From Ginglymostoma cirratum (lineage: Eukaryota), in the NCBI GenBank assembly GCA_024137785.1, contig JAHRHZ010000271.1, positions 23,113,915-23,177,914 on the forward strand: a stretch of 64,000 bases of DNA, in the 5' to 3' direction. Shown piece after piece: positions 53,286 through 63,773 of the stretch (positions are counted from its first letter, which is position 1; each line of letters begins with the position of its first letter). Position numbers and translations under genes: made by a program. The notes under the pieces are model-generated. The model was given only the letters and a program-made list of their open reading frames with translations, did no database searches and was not told the origin of the DNA.

Positions 53286-54182
53286 ATTTCTATATCCACA
53301 AGCTTATTTTCTTACAATCAAATATATTTAATGACTTCGAAGAGGTGCTACACGAAATATCAAAGTTTAGATCAGTATTGTTCTTAAGTAATATTATTAT
53401 TATAACACTACCTATTGTAACAATATGTAACTGTGTACTGAAAGCTTAAACAGTTTCCTGTGCAATTTGGCATTTCTCAAGTTCTCCTACAATTTGAGAA
53501 TTATTTTCCTTTGTAGAAGCAGCCATCTTGGTACAACAATTGTGAAAGTCAGAATCTGACTTCTCCAAGTCTAAGATTGGTTTTGTTTGGCAATATGATG
53601 AAGTGATACTGGAAATAACAGTTTACTTAGACCAAAAGACTTATTCATGACTTTGAGACACGACAAAGGGCTCTTTCTCATAGACTTTGCTGCAAGTGAG
53701 TAGTCGGTGTGTAAAAGATGTGACATTCAAGAAATGCATGCCCAACAACAGTTGCAAACTGGGACATGGGACTTGCATTGGCTACGTCCGATTCTTGTTC
53801 ACAAGTCTTTACCTTTATGCCTGAATGAAAAACATCTGCAACGTAAATTCTAAGAAGTAGCAAAAGGAGAATAAGTTAAATTGTATTTAAGTGCTGTAAT
53901 AACATTCACAAGTGTGAATATGCAAATTGATGATCTGTTGTACTGAATAGTGAAGCATCTTATTTGCTATATGTTTGTACTCGACCGAAACTGATAGTTT
54001 TAACAAAATCTTAAATTGCTACAAACAGGTCAATGCCATTCCTTTTCTATACTGTTGAATTAGGTTTCCAATACACACAAGTGCAAACTGCTAAAACATT
54101 CTAATTATTGGTAATTGTAGTGAAAGCACGTTTATTATGCAGTCATTATTTCTTTTGAGGTTGCCACCTTTTCCTTTTAAAG

Positions 54183-54206
54183 CCAAAGTTCAAATAAGTG
54201 ATCTAT
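54183..54206 (+). CDS. NAV1: Probable NAV1 24-nt microexon, (A)KVQISDL(S)
   Basis: Sequence is CCTTTTCCTTTTAAAG|CCAAAGTTCAAATAAGTGATCTAT|GTGACT, phase 1/1 and frame-preserving. AKVQISDL parallels recalled human NAV1 AKGQLTNI at the same position. There is a TGC at 54162-54164. The donor is weak. Confidence 0.72.
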
Positions 54207-54613
54207 GTGACTGGCAACGTAGCTTGGATGTAAGACCCTAAAAAGTCTTAAGCTCGTTAAAGCCTGAATTCTTCTAAGATGGATGAGGATACAATCATAC
54301 AATTTTATAAACGTTGCTTGCTGTATTTTTAACAAAGCTCTTTACTTAAATCTGCTATAGTTTACTTATAGTTTTTTTTCGTCTTTGTATATACCTTAAG
54401 AACCTGTTATGAAACTAGTTTTGTGTTAATATTTATTGTTCATTCGCCGGTTTGTTAGCATGTAACTATCAAACAAATATTAAAGCAGGTTTACTGACAG
54501 TGACAATAGAATTTGAAGTTGCGTAATTGTCACTCTTAAAAACAACAAAAACACAAATAATGTTAAAGAAATATCTGGTCCAGTTAACCAAATGAGATTC
54601 AGGTTAATAAGCA

Positions 54614-55144
54614 GAAAAACAAGAGGCTAGAAGAACACAGCAAGCCAGGCAGCAGCTGGAGGAAAGGAGAAATCAACGTTTTGGGTATTGTCCTTCATAA
54701 GGACTGGATGTGGGCGTACTGGGAACGGCAGATAAAAGTGGGGGATGTGGCAGGGGGGAAAGAGGGTAGTGGAATGGTGGTAATAGGTGGACACCGCTAG
54801 TAGGTATGACCTGGCTCATCGACAACCAGGTTGTACCCACTACCAGTGTCCATCGATCACCATAATTCCACTATCCTCCCTCCCCTCTCTCTTTATCTGC
54901 AGCTTCAAGAAGTCAACGTTTTGGGTATTACCCTTCTTCAGGTCTGGACGTGGGGGTACTTTCCCCCCTGCCACATCTCCCACTTTTATCTGCCGTTCCC
55001 AGTACGCCCACATCCAGTCCTTATGAAGGACAATACCCAAAACGTTGATTTCTCCTTTCCTCCAGCTGCTGCCTGGCTTGCTGTGTTCTTCCAGTCTCCT
55101 GTTTGTCTATCTTGGTTCCAGCATCTGCAGTTTTTTTTGTCTCA
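54614..55144. mobile_element. Large nested fold-back Penelope-like element
   Basis: 17-bp TSD ATTCAGGTTAATAAGCA at 54597-54613 and 55145-55161. Outer inverted arms at ~54618-54762 and ~54959-55104, an inner hairpin at ~54762-54888, and three decayed hammerhead-like cores. Confidence 0.85.
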
Positions 55145-55287
55145 ATTCAGGTTAATAAGCAACCTTGCTCAAGTGCAAAACACAATACTAAGTATTTTTC
55201 TTTTCTCTCACAACAAATCCACCTGAAGACTTGTTCTTACTTTGCAATGAGCTGTTTAAATGAATGTAATTGTTGCTTTATCAACAG

Positions 55288-55473
55288 CAAGTCCCACAGG
55301 AGTGTCCCAACTGGGTAGCCCAACTCCAAAAATGATGCGCTCAAACAGCATTCCAACTCACGACTCCTCATTTGATTTGTATGGAAGTTTGCAGATGGGA
55401 AGCACAGTTTCTTTGGCAGAAAGACCAAAAGGAATGATCCGCTCTGGATCGTTTAGGGATCCAGTGGATGAAG
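55288..55473 (+). CDS. NAV1: NAV1 exon E (186 nt, phase 1 to phase 1)
   Basis: Acceptor CAACAG ends at 55287; donor is G|GTAAGA. Encodes SPT...MRSNSIPTHDSSFDLYGSLQMGSTVSLAERPKGMIRSGSFRDPVDE. LAERPKGMIRSGSFRDP is NAV1-like. Confidence 0.95.
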
Positions 55474-56335
55474 GTAAGAGTGAATATTCAGATTTTCAGC
55501 CAATATTATGTAAAATATTTTTATTTTGTTTGACGTTGCAAGATTATATAGTCACATAAGTGGTTAGTAGTTTGTAGGTATTTTGTACAAGGCACTTGAA
55601 TTTTGAAAATCTCTGTCAGGGTCCAGGCCAGTAAGAATGTTCTGAATGTATGTTTGTTTAGTACCTTTCATAACCTTGGAACTCCAATGCATTAACAAGC
55701 CAATTAGTATTATATGCACCAGTTATGTACATTAATACCTGAAAACTTGACATCAAACCCTCTGTCTAGTATTAAATATTTTATATCGCTCAGAACACTC
55801 AGAGAATGGCTGAATTTTCCGCAACATTCAGGATAGGGTTGGAGGAGGAAAGTCCATCCTGACACTAAATTGAGCCATTGTTGTAGCTAATTGTGTGCTC
55901 TACTTGGTTCCACTGGCATTTAACTGCTGGGATCAAGTTGTTGGGGAGGAACTGCACAATGTGTGGGAATAACGGTAAACCCTGGCAGCTTTACATTGTA
56001 CCCTACTGGTGCCTGTCTCAGAGAGACAACTATATATACATAGACAAAGATACATCAGCAACGCACAGAGCTCTAAAATTCAAAAGTACTGCAATGAATA
56101 ATTTAACGTTTTTAACTACTAGAGATATGTCAGTCACTGTCTTTCACTACTCTGGGTTCTGTAACTAATCCCAAACTTTATTACCCGAGAAGAGTTGGCA
56201 GCTGGACAGGCTGGAATTCTTCTTGACATCCTTTAATCACACCTTCTGATGTAGGGTACGTCTTGCATTATTAATCCCCAAAGTTCTGCAGAACAAAGGA
56301 TTTTCTCAGGCTCTTTCTACACAGGTCTCTGTGCC

Positions 56336-56450
56336 AAGTGTATGCCTTATTTGGAATTATCCATGCACATGACCAATCCTAAATATTTTGTCTAAGTACA
56401 TGCCTTATCTGGAACTGTCTGTGCTCATGACCAATTCCAAATTTCGTGCT
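56336..56450. repeat. Diverged tandem duplication, 2 x 58 bp
   Basis: AAGT..ATGCCTTAT.TGGAA.T.TC.....CATGACCAAT..AAAT begins at 56336 and again at 56394. Confidence 0.75.
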
Positions 56451-56785
56451 TAATTGGTAGAGACAGCAGTTATTGAATTTCTGGAATCTTAGCTCTTAGC
56501 AGACCTGAATGACACAGCACAGTTCCACTCACTTAACAGCCCATTCAAAAGCCTCTTATCAGTTCCAGTTATCTTCAGCCTTTTCCAGCACTGCAGTGGA
56601 AGAACTTCTCCTATTTGGTCAATCTTGGCCTACAAAGTAACTCAGCAGTGGAAATGGCTACTTAGAAAAAATCAGAATCACCTTTCTTCAGTGATCTCCT
56701 ACCCCTCCAGTGGGGTTGACCTGACTAACCCGAGTACCTTTAGACTCCACAGGCCTGCTAGTGAAAGCAGAAGTCCATGAATATG

Positions 56786-56948
56786 CTGGAGGAACACAGC
56801 AGGCCAGGCAGTACGAGGAACAGGAAAGCTGACATTTCAGGTCGGGACCTTTCTTCAGATGTTCCTCTGATGCTGCCTGGCCTGCTGTGTTCCTCCAGCT
56901 CCACACTTTGTTATCTCTGACTCCAGCATCTGCAGTTCTTGCTATCTC
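56786..56948. mobile_element. Partial fold-back Penelope-like element
   Basis: 14-bp TSD AGTCCATGAATATG at 56772-56785 and 56949-56962. The minus strand at 56831-56858 reads CTGAAGA-A-AGGTC(CC)GACCT-GAAA-TGTC. Confidence 0.8.
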
Positions 56949-58845
56949 AGTCCATGAATATGTTGTCTTTGTCTAACTGGTGCTTTCTGAAGTACAGCTG
57001 AATTTCCAGCTCTCTGACTGGGTTGTTGGCTCTTCGGAGACGCCTGTTACCTTTAATGGGATGGCAGGCCTGGCCACAATGACTAAATTGACCTCCACTC
57101 AATAAAATGTAGCATAGGCCTGATCGGAAATGGGGCAGTCTCCTGTTTCCACCCTAGCGACATCATCATCAGTGTTAACTTAGAAAAATGTTTTAATCCC
57201 AACAAAAGTACTAACATTTGACTGTTGCTCTAAAAAATGTGCAAACTAGTTGACCAAGAACATCGCGTTGAAGAAGGAATTGTTGCTGTTTAAAGTAGCC
57301 TGGATATCAAGGTGTTGATAGAAATCCTATTTTTGATGGATGTTTAGAATTGCATGTCTCCTAAAGAGTAATTCTATTAGTTTTGGCCCAGATGACAGTA
57401 ACACAGATTGAGTGAGTCCCTTGTAGTCGCACACTGCCTTGTCTCAGCAGGTAGATTGTACCTCTCGCTGCATGTTCATATAAAGAAGATCTGTATACCA
57501 TTAGCATAGATGGGTTTCCTTGTACAAGTTGGCAGTAGAAAATGTATTTTAAGAAAGGAAACAATAATTCTGTACTGGAGCACGCAGGTTCTATTTAATT
57601 GAAGTAGTGACTGTGCTCCAGACCTTGAGCATGTCTTATCTTTTTTTTGTGGAAACAACAAAAGAGCCATATCAATATTATGACCCAAGAATTCCTCACG
57701 GTAAAAGCACAGTTGGAACACTATCCAAGCAGGGGAGGTAGTTGTTTTGTTTTAACAGGAGTTATTTTCTTTCTTTTCCATTTCATACCTTGTTTAATGT
57801 TTTGTGCAGCACAATTTTTATTAAATTTCCGCTCGTGTCTCAGCACTTACTTCGTTATTTGCTTCTTTGTGTTCTCTTCTTTCTTTTACCTGGCTCCAAC
57901 TCAAAAGAGCTGCCTTTACATAGTTGTCTGGAACTTTTTCCGATAATTAATGTGAAATGTTCACTTGTCTGTTTTTAGTACATCTGTTTCCTAGTTTGAG
58001 TTTCCCACTACAGCATTCCAGCCAAACATCCCACTGGGAAAATGACCACACACTACCCTGATCAGATAACAGCAAGATTGTGTGTCTACCTTGGGGGTAC
58101 AATTAACATTATCAGCAAATGCTATTTATATGCGAGCTTTTAAATTATTCTTTCGCAGCTTTTTTTTTTCAGTACCCTGCAGATTTCTGTACTATTCATA
58201 AGAACCAGATGGAGATCTCAGTGGAGGTGCTTTAGTGCCAATAAACTGCAAAGGACTTTTTAGCAAAGACACGAGCTGTTGTCTGAGGCTAAAAATATTT
58301 GCTTAGTCACTGCCCAGCTGTATTGTAACTTGTATAGGGAGCACAAATAATCATGCGAGGCCCCCCACATACGCTGCTTACAGAGCCTAGATGTTAGCTG
58401 TTTTCTGTCAGTCTCATTGCTCTGCTTTTCGTTTGTTGACTGGTCATCAAAATATCTGAGCCAGATAGTTGTCATAGCAGCGCAGACTAAAATTATGCTT
58501 CAGGACTATATAAAAATCCCAATGACTGAGAATATTGACCAGGAATTTAAAAATTCTGATTGGCAATTATTTTGCATCTTAAAGCCTGAGATTTTAGGCA
58601 ATTCTGATTTGCTTAAGTTTAATAGTTACCCAGGAAAGGTTAGAGGATTAAAGACCTACTCTAACTCTTGAATAACTATAATACTGAACTCTCCCTCCAC
58701 TACAATCCTTGATTCTGACAGACCTGATGCCCATTCTGTACCCAACACATGGTTTTCCCCCGATACAGGCTTCATGGCTACCCCACCCTTCCCCTTTGCC
58801 TGGCCCCTCAATGTGCCCTAAATGTTCATCTACCTGCCCCCTCCA

Positions 58846-58927
58846 ACACACACACACAATTTCACGTGCGCACGCGCACGCACATGCACGTGCACGCACG
58901 CACACACACGCACACACATGCACACAT
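58846..58927. repeat. (CA)n/(CG)-rich alternating purine-pyrimidine microsatellite
   Basis: Unbroken Y-R alternation from 58863 to 58927. Confidence 0.9.
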
Positions 58928-59596
58928 TCTCTGTCTCACCTGGCACCCTATCCCTCTCACATTCACCTTGTCACAGCAATTGTCAAATAGCTGGATGTGC
59001 TGCTGGACATATAAATCACAGAATTAAAGCCTGCCTTGTCTACTGCAAAAGGGGCTTGTGGTATCTATGATGCTCCTATCTCCTGCTGTCTGTCAGGTTT
59101 CCTGTGCTGGTGTCCAATGTTTTGTAACAAGAGGCTCCTATCCAGTACGGAGAGAGTAGTTGTCACCTAAATGTACCTGTGTATTCTCATTTGGCCAAGG
59201 TCCGAAATAGGATTTCTGGCAGTGATTGGAATTTCTGGGCTGTTATTAGCGCACTACCTCTCTTTGTGTGGACTCTTTTTTTATTTTCAGTGTCAGCCCT
59301 GAGTGTTTAAAAGTACCTCTTGTTTAAAAATTGCTGCGGTCCCTACATCCTCAAGTTGTTGCTCTCTCAGCAGCTCTCCAGTCACAGCAGCGCCACCACC
59401 TGAAGTGGTGCCCACTGCTAGAACTGCACCCTGCTGTGACCAGCAAGATGGAGGTGACCCCAGAACCCAGGCAACAAAAATCAGGCTGTACAGGCAGATA
59501 CTGAAGATGGGTGCAGGTTGGCCAACAGAAGTGAGCAACAGGATGCCCTATCAGCAGGACAATCCACCCACCCCCATAACACCAGTCTGCAAGGAA

Positions 59597-59825
59597 TGTA
59601 GTGATTGAGGTCAGCCAGGTGGACCTCCTAGAATGAGTTCCCTGATTGGAGCTGCTGATCTGGTTCAATCAGGGAGCCCTGGCTGACAGGTAAGAACAGG
59701 AGTATCAGAGATTCTGTTCACGCTGAGAGCTGGCTTTGAGGGAGCTGGATCAGTATCAAGGGCTCTCCATGTGTAGGTAAAGGGTGAGTTGGTGACAGGA
59801 TGCTGGGGTCTGTGGTGTTATTTCA
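59597..59825 (+). mobile_element. Probable solo LTR (229 bp)
   Basis: TGTAGTGA...TTATTTCA gives TG..CA termini, flanked by AGGAA and AGGAG. Internal inverted CCCTGATTGG / TCAATCAGGG. Confidence 0.55.
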
Positions 59826-59964
59826 AGGAGGCTGCCACTTTTATTAAACAATGTCCTTTTGTGGAAGAATGTTCTACCTTCCCCAGATCTGCTGAATATT
59901 TCGTGTAATTTGTTTTTGTTTCTGATTTCCAGTATCTGCAGTTCTTTAGTTTGTCATTACGAAG

Positions 59965-60270
59965 GATGGATTCCCTTATTGAGGCCAGAACGAGGTGACA
60001 TTGTTTAAGAACAAGAGCTCTTGCTTTTAAGAAGTCAACAGAATTTTTCAGTCTGAAAATATTCAGTTTGAGGAATTCTCTTTTCCCTAAAGCATTGGCC
60101 GCTGGGTTATTGGCTTTATTCAAGGCTGAATTAGATTTTTGATACTCAAGGATTCTAGGGTTATGGGAGACCGGATGGGAATGTAGAGCAGAAACCACCA
60201 TCAAATTGGCATTAACCTTATTGAAGGTGAAGCAGGCTTGAAGGGCAAAATGGCCTACTCCTGCTCCAAA
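59965..60270 (+). mobile_element. CR1-type LINE 3' end (related tails at ~1375-1560 -, ~29120-29240 -, ~51310-51390 +)
   Basis: Tail GAAGCAGGCTTGAAGGGCAAAATGGCCTACTCCTGCTCC, like 53230-53285. Confidence 0.65.
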
Positions 60271-62339
60271 TCCCTGCATGTACAGCTACTGCTACCTGCT
60301 TGCTTGCTCCCATGGATCAGACTAAATTATGCCCCTCATTTTGCACACTTTTCCAAAGCTTCCTCAAGTCTGGCATATAATTAAGACAGTAATCCTGCCT
60401 CTAACTACATATATTTTGTGAAAAAGGCTGTAATTAAAGTGTTACTTCAGAAAAATTGGCTTACAGATTTCTATTCATTCACATCCCATTTATTGTGATG
60501 GATTTCCTTTCCTTTTGTGACTTTGACTAATATGTGAGGCTTTGTAAGTAATACTTAATGGTTGCAAAGCCTGAGAAACGATGACAGATTTCAAGCTGCA
60601 TATAATTAGGAAATGTATGCACATGAAATTGGGAAAAGCTGAATTTTGCAATAGGGTATCTTCCCCCACCAAATTGCAGCGATTATTACTGCTTCTGGTT
60701 GGAGCAGATTCCAGGGAGAAGTGGGCTGCAATGGAGCTAGCAATGATCATGTAAAAAGCATCAGTTGTCTGCAATACACTTTCTCCTTGAGTTCCCTGCC
60801 TGATAGTAGGACTGACCCTCACACCGATTTCCAGCACAGGTAGAGCAAGGAAACAAACCCTGAACGACTGACGGCGCAGAATGGGGTTTGAACCCCATAG
60901 TGTTGGCTCCATTCTGATGCACATTGCCTGACCAACTGGCTCTTCACAAGGAGTCCAAGCTGTTCTTACACTTACGTTAGAGGCTCCAGTTTCCTTCTGT
61001 CACACGACTGACCAAGAAACTCTCCTGCTTTTACTACATGCCATTGGATGTAGATTTTACAAGCTGATAAACAACCTGTGTTATGTATACACTTTCCTTG
61101 GCCATAACAGTCTGAAGTACAAATTGAAGCCAAAGTTTCTAACCCTGTGTCAGGGACACTACCGCAGAGCCACAAGATTTCTATGCAATATGTTAACAAA
61201 AATCCCATTAACAAAACTCAAAGCTTTGAGTTAAATCTTCCTTTGTACCTCCCTTTTAACGTTCATTCTAACCCAATAATGAAACTAACACAATTACCGT
61301 CACAAAGTTGAGCCTGCAGTAGGCCTGAATGGTTTATATCTGTATAGAGTGCCTTAATAAGGAATTTCTAAGTATCATTGACTCCCTCTTTCCTGGCTGT
61401 TGATTTCTTTCAGCATTTAACATTTAATAAATGTTGATGCGAAACACAGTTACTCTTCCTTTGCTTTCAGTAAAACTAATTTCCATACCGTTGAGTGATT
61501 CACAAACAGAAATCTCACTGTCCTGCAGTGGTACAAGGTTAAAGAGCCAACTGCAAAGATTTTAATTTTCAGGGTTTCCATTGTTGTACAGGTTTTGCAT
61601 ACATTTCGATGAAATGAAAATTGTTTCCCTTGGATAGATACATCTGTGTCAGCCCCAGTCAGAATAGCAATACAAGTTTGGGAGAACTGAATGCGTTCCT
61701 GTGTATGTACTGATTGTGAGGGGTTCACATGTAAAGCCTGTTTATATTGTTTCAGTGGGCCATCCAATTAATTATGTTCCCGAGGAATAGCTTTCGTATA
61801 TCAAACAATCACATGTTGCTTCCTGACATTGTGAAGTATTTTGTAAATTATGATTGGGAATGCAAAACTCCACCTTCTGAAATGAGGCTGAGTTGGAAGT
61901 CTGCCATGTATTCAAATAAATGGTTAAATAATTCTGCAAGACCAGTTACCGGCTCTGGTTTTGTAGAAATGGCACACAATATTTGAGGATGCTATCCTGC
62001 CCATTTATATCAAGGACAGTCTCACTCAGAATGCCAGGCACACTGCATGGACTTCAGCACATTCCATGAATTAACATGTTGATCATTGCATAAGTACACA
62101 TCTGATTAGTGTCTGTAACCACTACAGAACCAAGCAGGAAGGCTTCATTGAGGTGTCTGTGAAATAACATTTCACGCAAACAGTTAGTAACCTGCATCAC
62201 GAAAAGCTGAATGGTGGTGCCACTACTTTGTGGGACCCATTTCCCATTGTATTGCACAGTGGACTGTAGAATTTGTAAGTGTTTTTGCCATCCTCTGACA
62301 ACATGGGCAGTCAGTATACGTCAAGTAAGAATTCGCCAT

Positions 62340-62790
62340 CTGATTCTAAGAGGGTGCTATACTGTCAGAGATGTTTTTCAAAAGGTAAAAGCACCATAGT
62401 CTGACCAGACCAAAGAGCTGCTGCCTCATTAGAGAGAGATATGACTAGAGGTGGTTCAACCTGAGGGATCACCATGCCAAATCCTGGGGAGACGTTAATT
62501 AGTTTATGGTAACCTCAGCCAGTGCCTGAATTGAACCCATGCTATTGAAGTCACTCTGCATCACATCTGAGCTAACTGAGAGTTATTAAACAGAGGCTGT
62601 TACAGTCAGGTAGATGTAAAAAATCCTTCACCTTTGTTCGGCGAAGAGCAGAGATTTCTTCTGTTGTTCATCCAATGGTGACAAAAATATTGATTTTTCT
62701 CAAACTTATTTTTGGAGAGTTCCTGTTCTGCTCAATTGGATCTCATGTTTGCCTACACAACAGGCATGACTTTCAACAGTAATCGAAATT
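62340..62790 (+). mobile_element. Deu-domain SINE remnant (SacSINE1/AmnSINE1-like), interrupted by a minus-strand SINE at ~62385-62578
   Basis: GAGGGTGCTATACTGTCAGAG and TTAAACAGAGGC..CAGGTAGATGTAAAAAATCC..GAAGAGCAG..AATTGG resemble the recalled Deu-domain consensus. Confidence 0.5.
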
Positions 62791-63720
62791 TGGAGGTCAT
62801 TTGCAGCATCATCTTTTAAATAAGTAATCCCAACTTAAATCCACTGATTTACTGCTACTTGTTAACCTTGTTATTTGAGAGTGTGTAACAATTCTGCACA
62901 AATAAGGTTCTCCTGAGTCTTCTCCCATCTCACTGTCTGGTTATAAAAGGGTATAATTTAATCCAACCATTTTAGATGGGTAGCATGATTAATAGGCCTT
63001 CTTAATCGGGCTGTACATCAGCACCTCAATTGTAGGAAAATATCCTGTAGTTAAGTCAAAGGTGGAAAAGGCCCCGAAATTTGCCCTCTTGTAGTGAGAA
63101 GTCAGTCATTAACGAGTCCATCACCATTTATCTCTGAGCTCGCCAGAAGTTAGTGATGGTTCAGGGATCAAATAAGAGTTGCACAGCCTCTCAGATCCTG
63201 CCCAGCTAGCAGTGTCTTGGAGTCCCTCTTTGTTAGTGACTCAGTGCCCAATCACAAGAGGGAACTGAGGAAAATGTTCCCGTATCTGCGTCACTCCACC
63301 AGACTTGTTCACTGGGATAGTTTTCCCTTTTAGAGAAGGAAAGATGGGAAATATTCATGTACTTCATGCTTCTCTAAATTGCAACTTTACTCAAGCAAGA
63401 CATGTGCCGGAAAATTGGACAACAAACATTTTCTCAGCCTCAAGACTCAATAAGGTGGTAAACAATGTACCACAAAGAAATGGGCGGAAAATATTAATAA
63501 AGAAAAATAGCATTAGACCAAGGAAGACCTTATGATATAAATGATGTCTACAAACTCTGATTCAGTAATTTTTCTTAAAATAGTCTTTGAGAAGCGTGAT
63601 TGCATTTTAATATTATGATGTGCATCATTGTAAACCAGGAATAGGGACACGTCGTGTTTCTATTTTGTTATGTAAATATACTTTAGTACAATAATCACAT
63701 GTAAAAAAACTGTTTTGCAG

Positions 63721-63773
63721 TTCATGGCTCAGTGCTTTCACTTTCCTCCACGACATCATCTGTTCATTCCACA
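63721..63773 (+). CDS. NAV1: NAV1 exon F (53 nt), (V)HGSVLSLSSTTSSVHST
   Basis: Acceptor TTTTGCAG ends at 63720; donor is GTAAGT at 63774; phase 1 to phase 0. Matches recalled NAV1 VHGSVLSLASSASSTYSS. Confidence 0.93.

Noticed and set aside
54459-54488. 30-nt in-frame candidate exon (ACNYQTNIKA)
   Set aside because: The GTTTAC donor is poor, and 54183-54206 matches the expected peptide and length better.
58648-59070. Overlapping ORFs with HT/CV/AR repeats
   Set aside because: They are translations of the microsatellite.
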